Below are positions 8,647 to 18,110 of a stretch of 64,000 nucleotides of DNA, one piece after another. The translations under genes and the position numbers were made by a program. How positions within the stretch are numbered: the first letter of the stretch is position 1; each line of letters opens with the position of its first letter. Under the pieces are notes generated by a model. It was given only the letters and a program-made list of their open reading frames with translations. It was not told the origin of the DNA and searched no databases. Source of the DNA: Bacteroidota Order II. bacterium (GTDB lineage Bacteria; Bacteroidota; Rhodothermia; Rhodothermales; UBA2364); assembly GCA_016788705.1 (NCBI GenBank), contig JAEUSQ010000027.1, positions 1,572 through 65,571 on the forward strand. The letters run 5' to 3'.

Positions 8647-11170
8647 ACACCTTCCCCCATTCCCCCCCAAATGGACCGGGCTTACGTCCGCGCAAGTTGA
8701 GCATTCACGGCGGCAACATGGCCCAAATGTACTGCGCCTACGGGAAAAACATCCCCTTTTTTCCATCTTAAAAGAAGTTATCTCCGATCCCTTGTTTTTA
8801 ATACTGGTAGGATCTGCTGCCATATATTTTATCTTAAACGAGGTTCAAGAAGGCATGATTATGCTGATGGCCTTGGGCTTTGTGTCGAGTATATCCATTT
8901 TTCAGGAAAACCGTAGTCGGAATGCCGTTCTAACCCTCCGAAAATTAGCAAATCCGCCGACTAAAGTGATACGAGACGGTCAGCAATATTCGGTCCCCGC
9001 AGAAGACGTGGTTATTGGCGATCTTATCATGCTCGAAGACGGAGATCTTATTCCAGCAGATGCCCAAATACTGGAAGCACATGATTTTTCGGTAAATGAA
9101 AGTATCTTGACGGGCGAATCGTTATCCGTTACCAAAGGCACTTCCTCCCTTCCTTCCGTTGTTTTTGGCGGCACATTGGTAGAAAGCGGCTCTTGTGTGG
9201 CCGAAGTAACAGTTGTTGGAAACAACACCGAATTGGGTAAAATTGGCCATTCCCTCACCGAAATCCAAACAACGACCTCGCCGCTCCAACACCAAATCAG
9301 GGGATTTGTGCATAGAATGGTAGCTTTCGGCGCCGTAGCCTTTTTCATGGTGTGGGGCCTCAATTTTGCACAATCGGGCGAAGTATTACATGCCTTGTTA
9401 CATGGGCTTACTCTGGCAATGTCGGTTTTGCCCGAAGAAATTCCAGTGGCATTCAGCACGTTTATGGCACTTGGCGCCTACCGCCTCTATAAAAACAACA
9501 TCATTGCCAAGTCTCCCATGACGGTTGAAACTCTCGGCGCCGCTACGGTCATTTGTACCGACAAGACGGGCACCCTTACAGAAAATGTCATGAAATTAGT
9601 AGCCTTGTATGATGCAAAAAAGGACGATTTATATGACTTTACTAACACTCCCATCACCATTTCACATCCGGTATTGGTAAGTGCCATGTGGGCGTCCGAG
9701 CCATCTCCTTTCGATCCGATGGAAAAAGCCCTCCATGCCGCCTATGCAGCTACCACCCCACAAGACCTCCGTCCATACTACACCCTTACTTCCGAATACC
9801 CCCTGAGCGGAATTCCTCCTTTTATGACCCATGTCTATACGGCTGAAAACTTGCCCCCTATCATTGCTTGCAAAGGGGCTGTAGAAGGCGTACTTGCGGT
9901 TTCGGATGCCTCTCAGGAGAAACAGAACCGTATTCTGGCGGTATCGCGTCAGTTGGCTTCAAAAGGCTATCGAGTTTTAGCCGTTGGTGTTTCCAACCAC
10001 GACCCTTTGCAACTTCCTGCATTACAAACAGCCCTGCGGTTTTCTTTTCAAGGATTGGTGGCGTTTTATGATCCACCCAAGGCCAATATCAGACAAACAG
10101 TCGAAGCCTTTTATCAGGCAGGAATACAAGTAAAAATGATCACCGGAGATTATGCTGAGACCGCCAAGGCCATCGGACAACAAGTACATTTTCGAGACCT
10201 TGAGCAATGCCTAACGGGCGAGGAAGTGATGCGAATGCCCCCAGAATCACTAAAAACCGCCGTTTCCTCTGTCAATTTGTATGCCCGCATGTTCCCCGAA
10301 GCCAAACTCCGTGTGATCGAAGCCCTAAAAGCAAACAATGAAATCGTGGCGATGACGGGCGATGGGGTAAATGACGGCCCCGCCTTAAAAGCTGCTCATA
10401 TTGGCATCGCAATGGGCAAACGCGGCTCCGAAACCGCAAAGGCCGCCGCATCGCTTGTTTTGACGGATGACGATCTGGGACACATGCCGCAAGCCATCGC
10501 GCTCGGACGACGTATTTATGAGAACCTTAAAAAAGCCATTCGGTACATTATTTCTATTCATATTCCGATTTTAATGATCGTAACCCTTCCATTGATGCTT
10601 TTTTGGCGCTTTACCGACTTGTTCTCGCCCATTCATGTCATCTTTTTGGAACTAATCATGGGCCCCACCTGCTCTATCATCTTTGAGAATGAGCCTATTG
10701 AGGCCAATTCGATGCACAAGCCACCTCGGAAAATGACGTCTTCCTTTTTTTCGTTGAACGAACTGGCAATCAGTATTTTGCAAGGTTTAATGATCTCGGT
10801 GGCTTGCCTTTCCGTCGGCTTTTGGGAAATGACCCAAAACGAACCAGAAGCAGTAGTCCGCACCACGGTTTTTTCGACGCTCATTTTTAGCAACCTTTTT
10901 CTCACCTTGGTAAATCGGTCTTTTTACTTCGGCTTGCTTACAACCCTTAGATACCCGAATTATCTAATCCCCCTGATCCTGATACTCTCCTTGCTCGTTT
11001 TGATTATGGCATTGTTGATTCCAAATATCCGCGATATTTTTGACTTTGCAGCGATATCGGGAATGCAGCTTTTCAGGTCCCTCTTTGCTGCCGCCTGCGG
11101 AGTCTTATGGATTGAAATTTGGAAGGCGTACCAACGAAAAGAACTACCAAAACCCATTAACTTTCCTTAA
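8639..11170 (+). CDS. Cation-translocating P-type ATPase (type II, Ca2+/Mg2+-like)
   Basis: TGES (LTGESLSV), phosphorylation site ICTDKTGTLT, hinge MTGDGVNDGPALKAAHIGIAMG and 8-10 TM helices. The start overlaps the kinase stop (ATGCCTGA). Confidence 0.9.
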   Translation: MPEHLPPFPPKWTGLTSAQVEHSRRQHGPNVLRLREKHPLFSILKEVISDPLFLILVGSAAIYFILNEVQEGMIMLMALGFVSSISIFQENRSRNAVLTLRKLANPPTKVIRDGQQYSVPAEDVVIGDLIMLEDGDLIPADAQILEAHDFSVNESILTGESLSVTKGTSSLPSVVFGGTLVESGSCVAEVTVVGNNTELGKIGHSLTEIQTTTSPLQHQIRGFVHRMVAFGAVAFFMVWGLNFAQSGEVLHALLHGLTLAMSVLPEEIPVAFSTFMALGAYRLYKNNIIAKSPMTVETLGAATVICTDKTGTLTENVMKLVALYDAKKDDLYDFTNTPITISHPVLVSAMWASEPSPFDPMEKALHAAYAATTPQDLRPYYTLTSEYPLSGIPPFMTHVYTAENLPPIIACKGAVEGVLAVSDASQEKQNRILAVSRQLASKGYRVLAVGVSNHDPLQLPALQTALRFSFQGLVAFYDPPKANIRQTVEAFYQAGIQVKMITGDYAETAKAIGQQVHFRDLEQCLTGEEVMRMPPESLKTAVSSVNLYARMFPEAKLRVIEALKANNEIVAMTGDGVNDGPALKAAHIGIAMGKRGSETAKAAASLVLTDDDLGHMPQAIALGRRIYENLKKAIRYIISIHIPILMIVTLPLMLFWRFTDLFSPIHVIFLELIMGPTCSIIFENEPIEANSMHKPPRKMTSSFFSLNELAISILQGLMISVACLSVGFWEMTQNEPEAVVRTTVFSTLIFSNLFLTLVNRSFYFGLLTTLRYPNYLIPLILILSLLVLIMALLIPNIRDIFDFAAISGMQLFRSLFAAACGVLWIEIWKAYQRKELPKPINFP

Positions 11171-11185
11171 ACCAATAACGCCCCT

Positions 11186-11938
11186 ATGCCCACCCTCCGT
11201 TGCCTTGCTGTGGACGATGAACCCTTAGCCCTTGACTTGTTGGAGGACAACATCCGGCAGGTCCCATTTCTAGAGTTGGTAGCGTGCTGTCGCACCATTC
11301 CTGACGCCCTTCAATGGCTAAATGATTCCTCTATTGATTTGATTTTCTTAGACATACAACTGCCAGGCATCACTGGTGTACAATTTCTTCGTAGCTTACG
11401 GCCACAACAAAAGGTCATTTTTGTCACCGCATATAGCCATTACGCCCTTGAGGGGTATGAACTCAATGTAGTGGATTATCTCTTGAAACCAGTGCCTTTT
11501 CAACGTTTTTTACAGGCCGCCCAGAAAGCCTTAGACACCATGACGCCGTCGGAGGTAGTCATTTCCACAACACCCCCCCCTTTACCGAAAGCCCTCCACC
11601 CGCCCATACATCAAGACACGATTTGGGTAAATGCCGATTATGCCCTCATCCCCATTCGTTTGGCGGACGTACTGTACGTAGAAAGTGAAAAGGACTACCT
11701 ACGCTTTCACTTAGCCTCTCAACAGCGTCCTTTAATTACCCGTATGACCCTAAAATCATTAGAAGAAAAACTTCCTTCTCCTCCGTTTTGTAGGGTTCAC
11801 AAATCGTTTATCGTCGCGACCCGTCATATTACAGCCATTCGTAACCAACGGTTGATGATTGGCGAGACTTGGATTCCTATTAGCGAGATGTATCAGCCGG
11901 ATTTGCTTGCAGCCATTGGACAAAAACCAATTAATTAA
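11186..11938 (+). CDS. LytTR-family response regulator
   Basis: Receiver domain (LAVDDEPLAL, FLDIQLPGITG, KP) plus a C-terminal LytTR domain (YVESEKDYLRFHL, CRVHKSFIV). Confidence 0.9.
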   Translation: MPTLRCLAVDDEPLALDLLEDNIRQVPFLELVACCRTIPDALQWLNDSSIDLIFLDIQLPGITGVQFLRSLRPQQKVIFVTAYSHYALEGYELNVVDYLLKPVPFQRFLQAAQKALDTMTPSEVVISTTPPPLPKALHPPIHQDTIWVNADYALIPIRLADVLYVESEKDYLRFHLASQQRPLITRMTLKSLEEKLPSPPFCRVHKSFIVATRHITAIRNQRLMIGETWIPISEMYQPDLLAAIGQKPIN

Positions 11939-12240
11939 GCTACTTTTATTTAATTGTTTTATCTCTTTCTATATGCTGGCCATTTTTTAGGATAAAGTCC
12001 AAAATTTATTTTTCGTCCTCAAATATGTTGTAAAAACGGGCATTTACTTCGTGTGTCGCTTCGCTCGACTCTACTCCACGCAATGCCCGGGAAGTTGACT
12101 ATTTTGAGTTCCCCTTAAGTTTTCGCCAACCTATAACCTTTTGAATTTGTTCTTATTTAAAATATTGCTTTTTTATGTACAAAATTCAATCATCCATCCT
12201 TAATTATTTCCCTCATTGACAGGCACAAGGTACACTTGGT

Positions 12241-12663
12241 TCACCTAAAATTTTTCACGATACGCCTTTTCTTCAACCAATCATGAACGCGCTTAAAAAA
12301 CGTACCCGGATTTGGTTTTTCCTTTTCCAAAATGCCCGGTTCTAAGCGAATATCATATCGAATATCGGCTCCAGCTACGGATATACTCCGCTCGAACCGA
12401 CGATACCCCACCGTGCCAACCCGAATCCGATATTCACCCGGCAACACATCTGCCAACAGATAGCCCCCATCTAGATCGCTTCTACCAAAAAACTGTACCT
12501 CGCCCGTTATTGGTTTAATGAGTGCCACTACAACACCCGAAACAGGAGCATTGCCACTTGTTTCACGGACCACTCCCCAAACACGCACCTGGGCAAGAAC
12601 ATCCGTCCAAACGAAATAGCCACATATAACATATAGTAGAAACTTAGGTAGGCGGATTTTCAT
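12241..12663 (-). CDS. Secreted carboxypeptidase-regulatory-like (CarboxypepD_reg) domain protein
   Basis: Signal peptide MKIRLPKFLLYVICGYF...AQ. The motif pattern VSGVVV...GEVQFFGRSDLDGGYLLADVLPGEYRIRVGTVGY fits the fold. The start was trimmed to the Met at 12663. Confidence 0.6.
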   Translation of the reverse strand: MKIRLPKFLLYVICGYFVWTDVLAQVRVWGVVRETSGNAPVSGVVVALIKPITGEVQFFGRSDLDGGYLLADVLPGEYRIRVGTVGYRRFERSISVAGADIRYDIRLEPGILEKEKPNPGTFFKRVHDWLKKRRIVKNFR

Positions 12664-12829
12664 GTAGGGCTGTTGGTAAAACAAATAGAGGAATCTAATT
12701 ATAGGTCGGAAGTGCCCTGTTTGATGGCTCTCTCCCGCTCTTGTGTTTTCTTGTAAAATAGGCTTCCTATTTCATCCTTTTTCGATTAAATTAAGCCTAC
12801 CTATCGCAACATCCAAAATATTGCACACC

Positions 12830-13516
12830 ATGAAAATAACCTATTTTGGCCACTCGGCCCTTTTGGCAACAACCGAAACCCACACATTTTTATTCGACCC
12901 TTTCCTGAGCGAAAATCCACTTGCAGAAGGTCATGTTCGGGCCTCGGACCTCAAGCCGGACGTGGTCTTCGTCACGCACGCGCATGGCGACCACTGGGGC
13001 GACTCCGAGGAAATCCTCCAGAGATCGGGTGCGCTTCTTATTGCTAATTACGAAATCTGTACCTATTTAGAGAACAAAACGGGCTATGGGCATTTTCATC
13101 CAATGAATACGGGTGGGATGGCCCACTTTGAATGGGGAAAGGTCAAACAAACGTATGCAAGACATTCCTCGTCCTTTCCCGACGGAACATATGGTGGCAA
13201 CCCGAATGGGTTTGTCCTGCAATCGGCTGGAAAAACATTATACCATGCCGGAGACACCGATTTGTTCAACGAAATGGCCTATATTGGCGAAGACTTCGAG
13301 ATAGATCTGGCTTTTTTACCCGTTGGCGATAATTTTACGATGGGAATACCGGATGCGGTCCGCGCAGCCAAAATGATTCGGGCCAAAAATGTAGTACCCG
13401 TACATCATAATACCTTTCCCTACATCGTTACCGATCTGGCCATCTGGCAAAATGCCATGGCAGCGGCTGGTATGAACGGCATGATTATGAAGCCGGGAGA
13501 ATCCCTTATTATTTAA
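12830..13516 (+). CDS. Metal-dependent hydrolase, metallo-beta-lactamase fold (UPF0173-like)
   Basis: MKITYFGHSALL start and HAHGDHWGD (HxHxDH). The start was trimmed from the track ORF (12743) to the Met at 12830. Confidence 0.8.
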   Translation: MKITYFGHSALLATTETHTFLFDPFLSENPLAEGHVRASDLKPDVVFVTHAHGDHWGDSEEILQRSGALLIANYEICTYLENKTGYGHFHPMNTGGMAHFEWGKVKQTYARHSSSFPDGTYGGNPNGFVLQSAGKTLYHAGDTDLFNEMAYIGEDFEIDLAFLPVGDNFTMGIPDAVRAAKMIRAKNVVPVHHNTFPYIVTDLAIWQNAMAAAGMNGMIMKPGESLII

Positions 13517-13522
13517 CCAACC

Positions 13523-14440
13523 ATGCACCACATCATGCACTTCTTCAAACGGTCGGCCTTCTTAATCACCTTAATGGGATTCTGGACGCCACTTTGGGAC
13601 ATTCCCACCGTGGCGCAGCCGTGGATTGGTTTTTCGGATCCGTTACGACAACCGGAAAGTGCAGATCGTGATTTTAACAGCCGCTTTTCTGGAAGAACGT
13701 TATTGGTGTACCAACCCGGTTACGTTCTTCCCATTTCCAGCATCCCTACCCAGCCCACCTCATCCCGTACGCCTGTTCTCAAGGCATACCAGTTCGCACT
13801 TCGCGCAGATGCACGCCTTTCTTCACATATAGACCTGCAAGGTATTTGGGGCCAAACCGCCATGGGAAACGGACGTATTGGCCTTGCATGGTTGGCAACC
13901 AAATATTACTTGCAAAGCGATAATAAGCATTTTGCCTTCCGCCTTGCCATCCAACCGCCCTTTTCGGAACCCAGTATCTCTGGTGTGGATATCAGTGGCT
14001 ATACCGAAACCAAATACCGCAATATGTTTTCTACAGAGTTTGCCATAGGTTTCCGTTATCAACGTATGGGGCTTTCCGACCAGCCATTGGTTAATCCAGA
14101 GACAGGTCGTCGGATGCCACAATCCTTATTACGAAAATCCGGCAAGAGCATTCACGCCAGTCGGACATACCGTTTTGCTTTTGATCCGGCAGCAAGCAAC
14201 CTCTTTGTCTCTCTCAAGGCATCAGCAGGAAACATGGACATTTTGCCAATCGAGGGCCGGAATTACGAAGGTTCACCCCAAAAGCCAATCAAGGAGCAAG
14301 GGGGCCTTATGTCCTTAGAAGTCGGCCTAAACCTATTGCGCCCAACCTGGCAGTTTTCCCCTTATTTCCGTATTCCTCTCCGCCAAACGGGTGCGGCACA
14401 CGATGCTATCCGATTGGGCGCAAATCTACAATTGCGATGA
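13523..14440 (+). CDS. Hypothetical secreted / outer-membrane protein
   Basis: N-terminal signal-like segment ending AQP. The C-terminus ends in an aromatic/basic beta-strand-like pattern. No recognised motif. Confidence 0.4.
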   Translation: MHHIMHFFKRSAFLITLMGFWTPLWDIPTVAQPWIGFSDPLRQPESADRDFNSRFSGRTLLVYQPGYVLPISSIPTQPTSSRTPVLKAYQFALRADARLSSHIDLQGIWGQTAMGNGRIGLAWLATKYYLQSDNKHFAFRLAIQPPFSEPSISGVDISGYTETKYRNMFSTEFAIGFRYQRMGLSDQPLVNPETGRRMPQSLLRKSGKSIHASRTYRFAFDPAASNLFVSLKASAGNMDILPIEGRNYEGSPQKPIKEQGGLMSLEVGLNLLRPTWQFSPYFRIPLRQTGAAHDAIRLGANLQLR

Positions 14441-14925
14441 CGATTGGTATCTTATCCGACACGCACCATTTTTTTCATCCGGACCTGGCTGGATTTCTGG
14501 CCGAAACCGACTTGATTTTACACGCGGGCGATATTGGAAATACAAACGTATTAGACCAGTTGGCATCCATTGGCCCGGAGGTTCGTGCTGTCTGGGGCAA
14601 TATAGATGGACAGGAACTTAGGAAGCGTCTTCCGCAACATCAACGGTTTAGCATAGAGGGCTGCACCTTTTGGATGACCCACATTGGCGGACATCCAGGA
14701 CGCTGGGATTCATCCGTTCGGGCTACCTTATTGGAGGCGCCTCCACACGTTTTCATCTGCGGTCACAGTCATATCCTTCGGATTGAGCGGGTCGCCCGAT
14801 TACAGAACATGCTCTACATCAATCCCGGAGCGGCCGGAATGCAGGGCTGGCACAAGGAAAAAACCCTTGTACGGCTTCAGGTTTGGGGAGGGAAACCCAC
14901 TTCCGCCGAAGTAATTCATCTCTAA
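14437..14925 (+). CDS. YfcE/MJ0936-family metallophosphoesterase
   Basis: LSDTHH, HAGDIG, GNIDG and CGHSH motifs. ATGA overlap with the upstream gene. Confidence 0.8.
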   Translation: MTIGILSDTHHFFHPDLAGFLAETDLILHAGDIGNTNVLDQLASIGPEVRAVWGNIDGQELRKRLPQHQRFSIEGCTFWMTHIGGHPGRWDSSVRATLLEAPPHVFICGHSHILRIERVARLQNMLYINPGAAGMQGWHKEKTLVRLQVWGGKPTSAEVIHL

Positions 14926-14934
14926 GGAGTTTCT

Positions 14935-16629
14935 ATGCGTGAAAAGTTTGACCTCCTTGCCCTCTACGAAACCAGTACATTACTGAACGACTCGCTCGAA
15001 ATTGGGTTTATTCTCGATAATCTACTCCGAACCGCCATGAGCAAATTACTCGTCACCCGGAGTATTGCCCTTTTATCGCATCCAGTTCATCAGGTATATA
15101 CCATTGCTTCGGCACAAGGAATCCATCACATAGACAAAACAGAGGCTTTTGGTTTCGACCTTTTCCCCGTTCCTGCCCCCGGCCTTTCAGAAGCGCCCGT
15201 CCCCCTCAAAAAGTGGGGCATCCATTATCTCCTTCCCCTTACTGCAAGAAAACAACATCTTGGATTTGTTGGATTTGGCCAGAAAGTAACCAAGCAACCA
15301 TTTTTGCCAGAAGAAGCTTCTTTTGTACAATCCTTGGTTCATATATCTTCGGTAGCCGTGCACAATGCTGCCATGGTTGCCGAACTACAAACGGCCAACC
15401 AAGACCTCGCCCTTAAAATCCAGCAACTAAATACGTTATTTGATTTAGCAGCCGGATTTGGCGCCACCCAAGGCAAAGAAAAAGTTCTGAAACAATTGGG
15501 ATTTTCATTGATGGGCCACCTAATGATCCGCCAATTCGCTTTTCTTCTTAAAGAACATACAACAGATACCCCATTTCAGTTTTCGCCTGTCATTGCCAAA
15601 GGGTTGAACATAACGCTCCAAGCCTCCGAAATACAAGCCTTATCCGAATTAAAAGAATTGGTGCTGTTGCCTAATCCCCAACTGCAATGGGAGTCTTTTT
15701 CCAAAAGGGGGCTTCGGCTGATCCTCCCACTTCGCATCCAGAACGAGACGCGCGGTGTCTTGTGCCTCGGAGACAAAACCTCTCAGTTGCCTTATACCCA
15801 GACCGATATAGAATTCATGACCGCTTTGGGTCAACTTACCTTAACCTCTCTCGAAAATGTTTCCTTGCTTGCCACGCGCCTTGAAAACGAGCGATTAGAA
15901 GAGGAAATGCGTTTGGCCAGTAATATCCAACGCAGGCTTCTTCCTCAAAGATTGCCATCCATTCCCGATTGGAGCGTAGATGTGTGGAGCCAACCTGCAC
16001 GGCATGTGGGTGGTGATTTTTTTGACGTAAGACCTTTAGACGAACATCGTTTTTTAATTGCCATTGCCGATGTTACCGGAAAAGGGATGCCCGCTGCCCT
16101 GTTGATGTCCCATTTACAAGCAGGCATTCAGTTCCAATTGGCCACCCGTGCCCTTTCCGACCTGGCCCAAGCAACAGCAATGCTCAATGCCGTGATTACC
16201 GACAATACCGATTCGGATAAGTTTATCACGTTTTTTTGGGGGATTTTAGACTTACGTGATCAAACTTTTGTTTTCGTTAACGCCGGACATGATGCCCCCA
16301 TTTGGTTCCGTTCTGGACGCGAGGTCTTACGACTTGAAACGGGCGGGCCTCTCTTGGGTGTTTTAAAACATGTACCATACGAACAAGGCCGTATTCGTCT
16401 CCAACCCGGTGACCGCATTTTCTTCTATACAGATGGCCTTTCCGAAGCCCTGAATCCTAATCATGAAGAGATGGGAGTGCAACGCCTCCTTCAGACACTG
16501 GTAGCGGCAAACACTCCTCATGCGACCCAAGCCCTTTCCATGATCAAGGATGCGGTTCTTCAATGGGCTGATACGGCCCCTCAAAGCGACGACCGCACAG
16601 CAATTGTATTACAAGCAGAAACCTTTTAA
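14935..16629 (+). CDS. GAF-domain PP2C-type serine phosphatase (SpoIIE/RsbU-like)
   Basis: C-terminal PP2C/SpoIIE motifs GGDFFDV, IADVTGKGMPAALLMS, FFYTDGLSEA and DDRTAIVL, preceded by GAF-like regions. Confidence 0.85.
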   Translation: MREKFDLLALYETSTLLNDSLEIGFILDNLLRTAMSKLLVTRSIALLSHPVHQVYTIASAQGIHHIDKTEAFGFDLFPVPAPGLSEAPVPLKKWGIHYLLPLTARKQHLGFVGFGQKVTKQPFLPEEASFVQSLVHISSVAVHNAAMVAELQTANQDLALKIQQLNTLFDLAAGFGATQGKEKVLKQLGFSLMGHLMIRQFAFLLKEHTTDTPFQFSPVIAKGLNITLQASEIQALSELKELVLLPNPQLQWESFSKRGLRLILPLRIQNETRGVLCLGDKTSQLPYTQTDIEFMTALGQLTLTSLENVSLLATRLENERLEEEMRLASNIQRRLLPQRLPSIPDWSVDVWSQPARHVGGDFFDVRPLDEHRFLIAIADVTGKGMPAALLMSHLQAGIQFQLATRALSDLAQATAMLNAVITDNTDSDKFITFFWGILDLRDQTFVFVNAGHDAPIWFRSGREVLRLETGGPLLGVLKHVPYEQGRIRLQPGDRIFFYTDGLSEALNPNHEEMGVQRLLQTLVAANTPHATQALSMIKDAVLQWADTAPQSDDRTAIVLQAETF

Positions 16630-16689
16630 ATGGTTATGTGGTTTCTTACCCCACTGCTGGTAATGACGTCCACCTAAACGCTCCTGTCT

Positions 16690-16983
16690 ATGCACTACAT
16701 GGTAGAATTTGATTTGCCCCAACCCTTCACCGAAACGTTTATTTCGCTGATTCCAGAACAACGGCTGAAAATACATCAGTTTATGGTAATGGGTCACATC
16801 ATTACCTATACCCTCTCGATGGAACATGCCAAACTTTGGGCGCTTATCAATGCAAATGATGAAGCGGCTGTTGCTCAATTATTAGAGAAATTGCCCCTCA
16901 CCAATTTCATGGAATATCAAATTCACCCCCTTACCTTTCTCTTAACCACGCAAGCGAATCTACCCAAGATACACTTAAACTGA
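16690..16983 (+). CDS. Hypothetical small protein (97 aa)
   Basis: Uninterrupted ORF in an operon-like position with backbone composition. No motif I can name with confidence. Confidence 0.35.
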   Translation: MHYMVEFDLPQPFTETFISLIPEQRLKIHQFMVMGHIITYTLSMEHAKLWALINANDEAAVAQLLEKLPLTNFMEYQIHPLTFLLTTQANLPKIHLN

Positions 16984-17603
16984 TGCTACCTTTCGATGCC
17001 ATACGTGCAGTCAACTATTTATCCGCACAAGATGCTATTTTGGCTACCCTCATGCACCAAGTTGGGCCATATTTGGTATTGCCAAAACCACTGCCATCCG
17101 TATTTGAGGCGCTGACCGAATCCATAATCTATCAACAACTTTCCGGGAAAGCAGCAGAAACCATTTATCGGCGGTTTCGGTCACTTTTTTCAGCACACGC
17201 CCATCCTACACCCGAAGAAATCCTCAAGACGCCGCACGACGCCCTTCGTGGTGTTGGTATTTCCCATGCCAAAGTCCGGGCCATTCACGATTTGGCTTTA
17301 AAGACCATTAATCACGAAATTCCAACTTTGGCACAAATCCGCAACATGTCCGACGAGGTGGTTATCGAAGCCCTGACAAAAGTTCGTGGCATTGGTCCTT
17401 GGACGGTTGAGATGATGTTGCTCTTTGATCTGGGAAGACCGGATGTATTACCTGCTACCGACTTGGGTGTACAAAAAGGGTTCCAGAAAACATATGGCCA
17501 CGCGGATTTACCCAAGCCTGCCGAAATACGCATTTTTGCTGAACGTTGGCGGCCATACCGAAGTGTCGCTTCTTGGTATATGTACCGCGCCTTAGAACGT
17601 TAA
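16983..17603 (+). CDS. DNA-3-methyladenine glycosylase II family (HhH-GPD, AlkA-like)
   Basis: Helix-hairpin-helix VRGIGPWTVEMMLLF followed by LPATDLGV (catalytic Asp region). Confidence 0.8.
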   Translation: MLPFDAIRAVNYLSAQDAILATLMHQVGPYLVLPKPLPSVFEALTESIIYQQLSGKAAETIYRRFRSLFSAHAHPTPEEILKTPHDALRGVGISHAKVRAIHDLALKTINHEIPTLAQIRNMSDEVVIEALTKVRGIGPWTVEMMLLFDLGRPDVLPATDLGVQKGFQKTYGHADLPKPAEIRIFAERWRPYRSVASWYMYRALER

Positions 17604-17614
17604 CCACCGATAAA

Positions 17615-18097
17615 ATGTCAACTCTTCAGGTATTATTACTTGGCGACCCAAGGCTTTATGAAAAATGTACGCCGATTATTGGAAGCGACTGGCTGGACGT
17701 ACCCAATATGGTTGCACAATTAGATGCAGTTTTGAAAGCTTTCAAAGCCCAATATGGCGTTTTTCGTGGAATTGCAGCACCTCAATTGGGCATCATGAAA
17801 CGAATAATTTATGTAAACATTGACCATCCAATAGTTATCATTAATCCGGAACTATCCGAACTTAGCGAGGAAATGTTTGAATTGTGGGATGACTGTATGT
17901 GCTTTCCAAATTTATTGGTGCGTGTAAAACGGCATAACCGTTGTACCCTTCACTTCCAAAATGAACATCAGGAGGCACAAATGTGGCAAATAGAAGGAGC
18001 GTTGTCTGAATTAATCCAGCATGAATATGACCACTTGGAAGGTATTTTGGCCATTCAAAGGGCCATTGAGCCAACAGCTTATAGGTGGCGTCCCTGA
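17615..18097 (+). CDS. def: Peptide deformylase
   Basis: GIAAPQLG, a Cys motif region (WDDCMCFP) and HEYDHLEG. The start was trimmed to the Met at 17615. Confidence 0.85.
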   Translation: MSTLQVLLLGDPRLYEKCTPIIGSDWLDVPNMVAQLDAVLKAFKAQYGVFRGIAAPQLGIMKRIIYVNIDHPIVIINPELSELSEEMFELWDDCMCFPNLLVRVKRHNRCTLHFQNEHQEAQMWQIEGALSELIQHEYDHLEGILAIQRAIEPTAYRWRP

Positions 18098-18110
18098 ATC
18101 CGGTTATTGG

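Noticed and set aside
8980-9459. 159-aa minus-strand ORF inside the P-type ATPase gene.
   Set aside because: It is antisense to a gene with all P-type ATPase signatures and has no motif of its own.
12037-12089. Hairpin CGGGCATT-N37-AATGCCCG in the intergenic region after the LytTR regulator gene.
   Set aside because: The stem is only 8 bp with a very large loop and no U-run, and there is no second copy in the window. Too weak to call a REP element or terminator.
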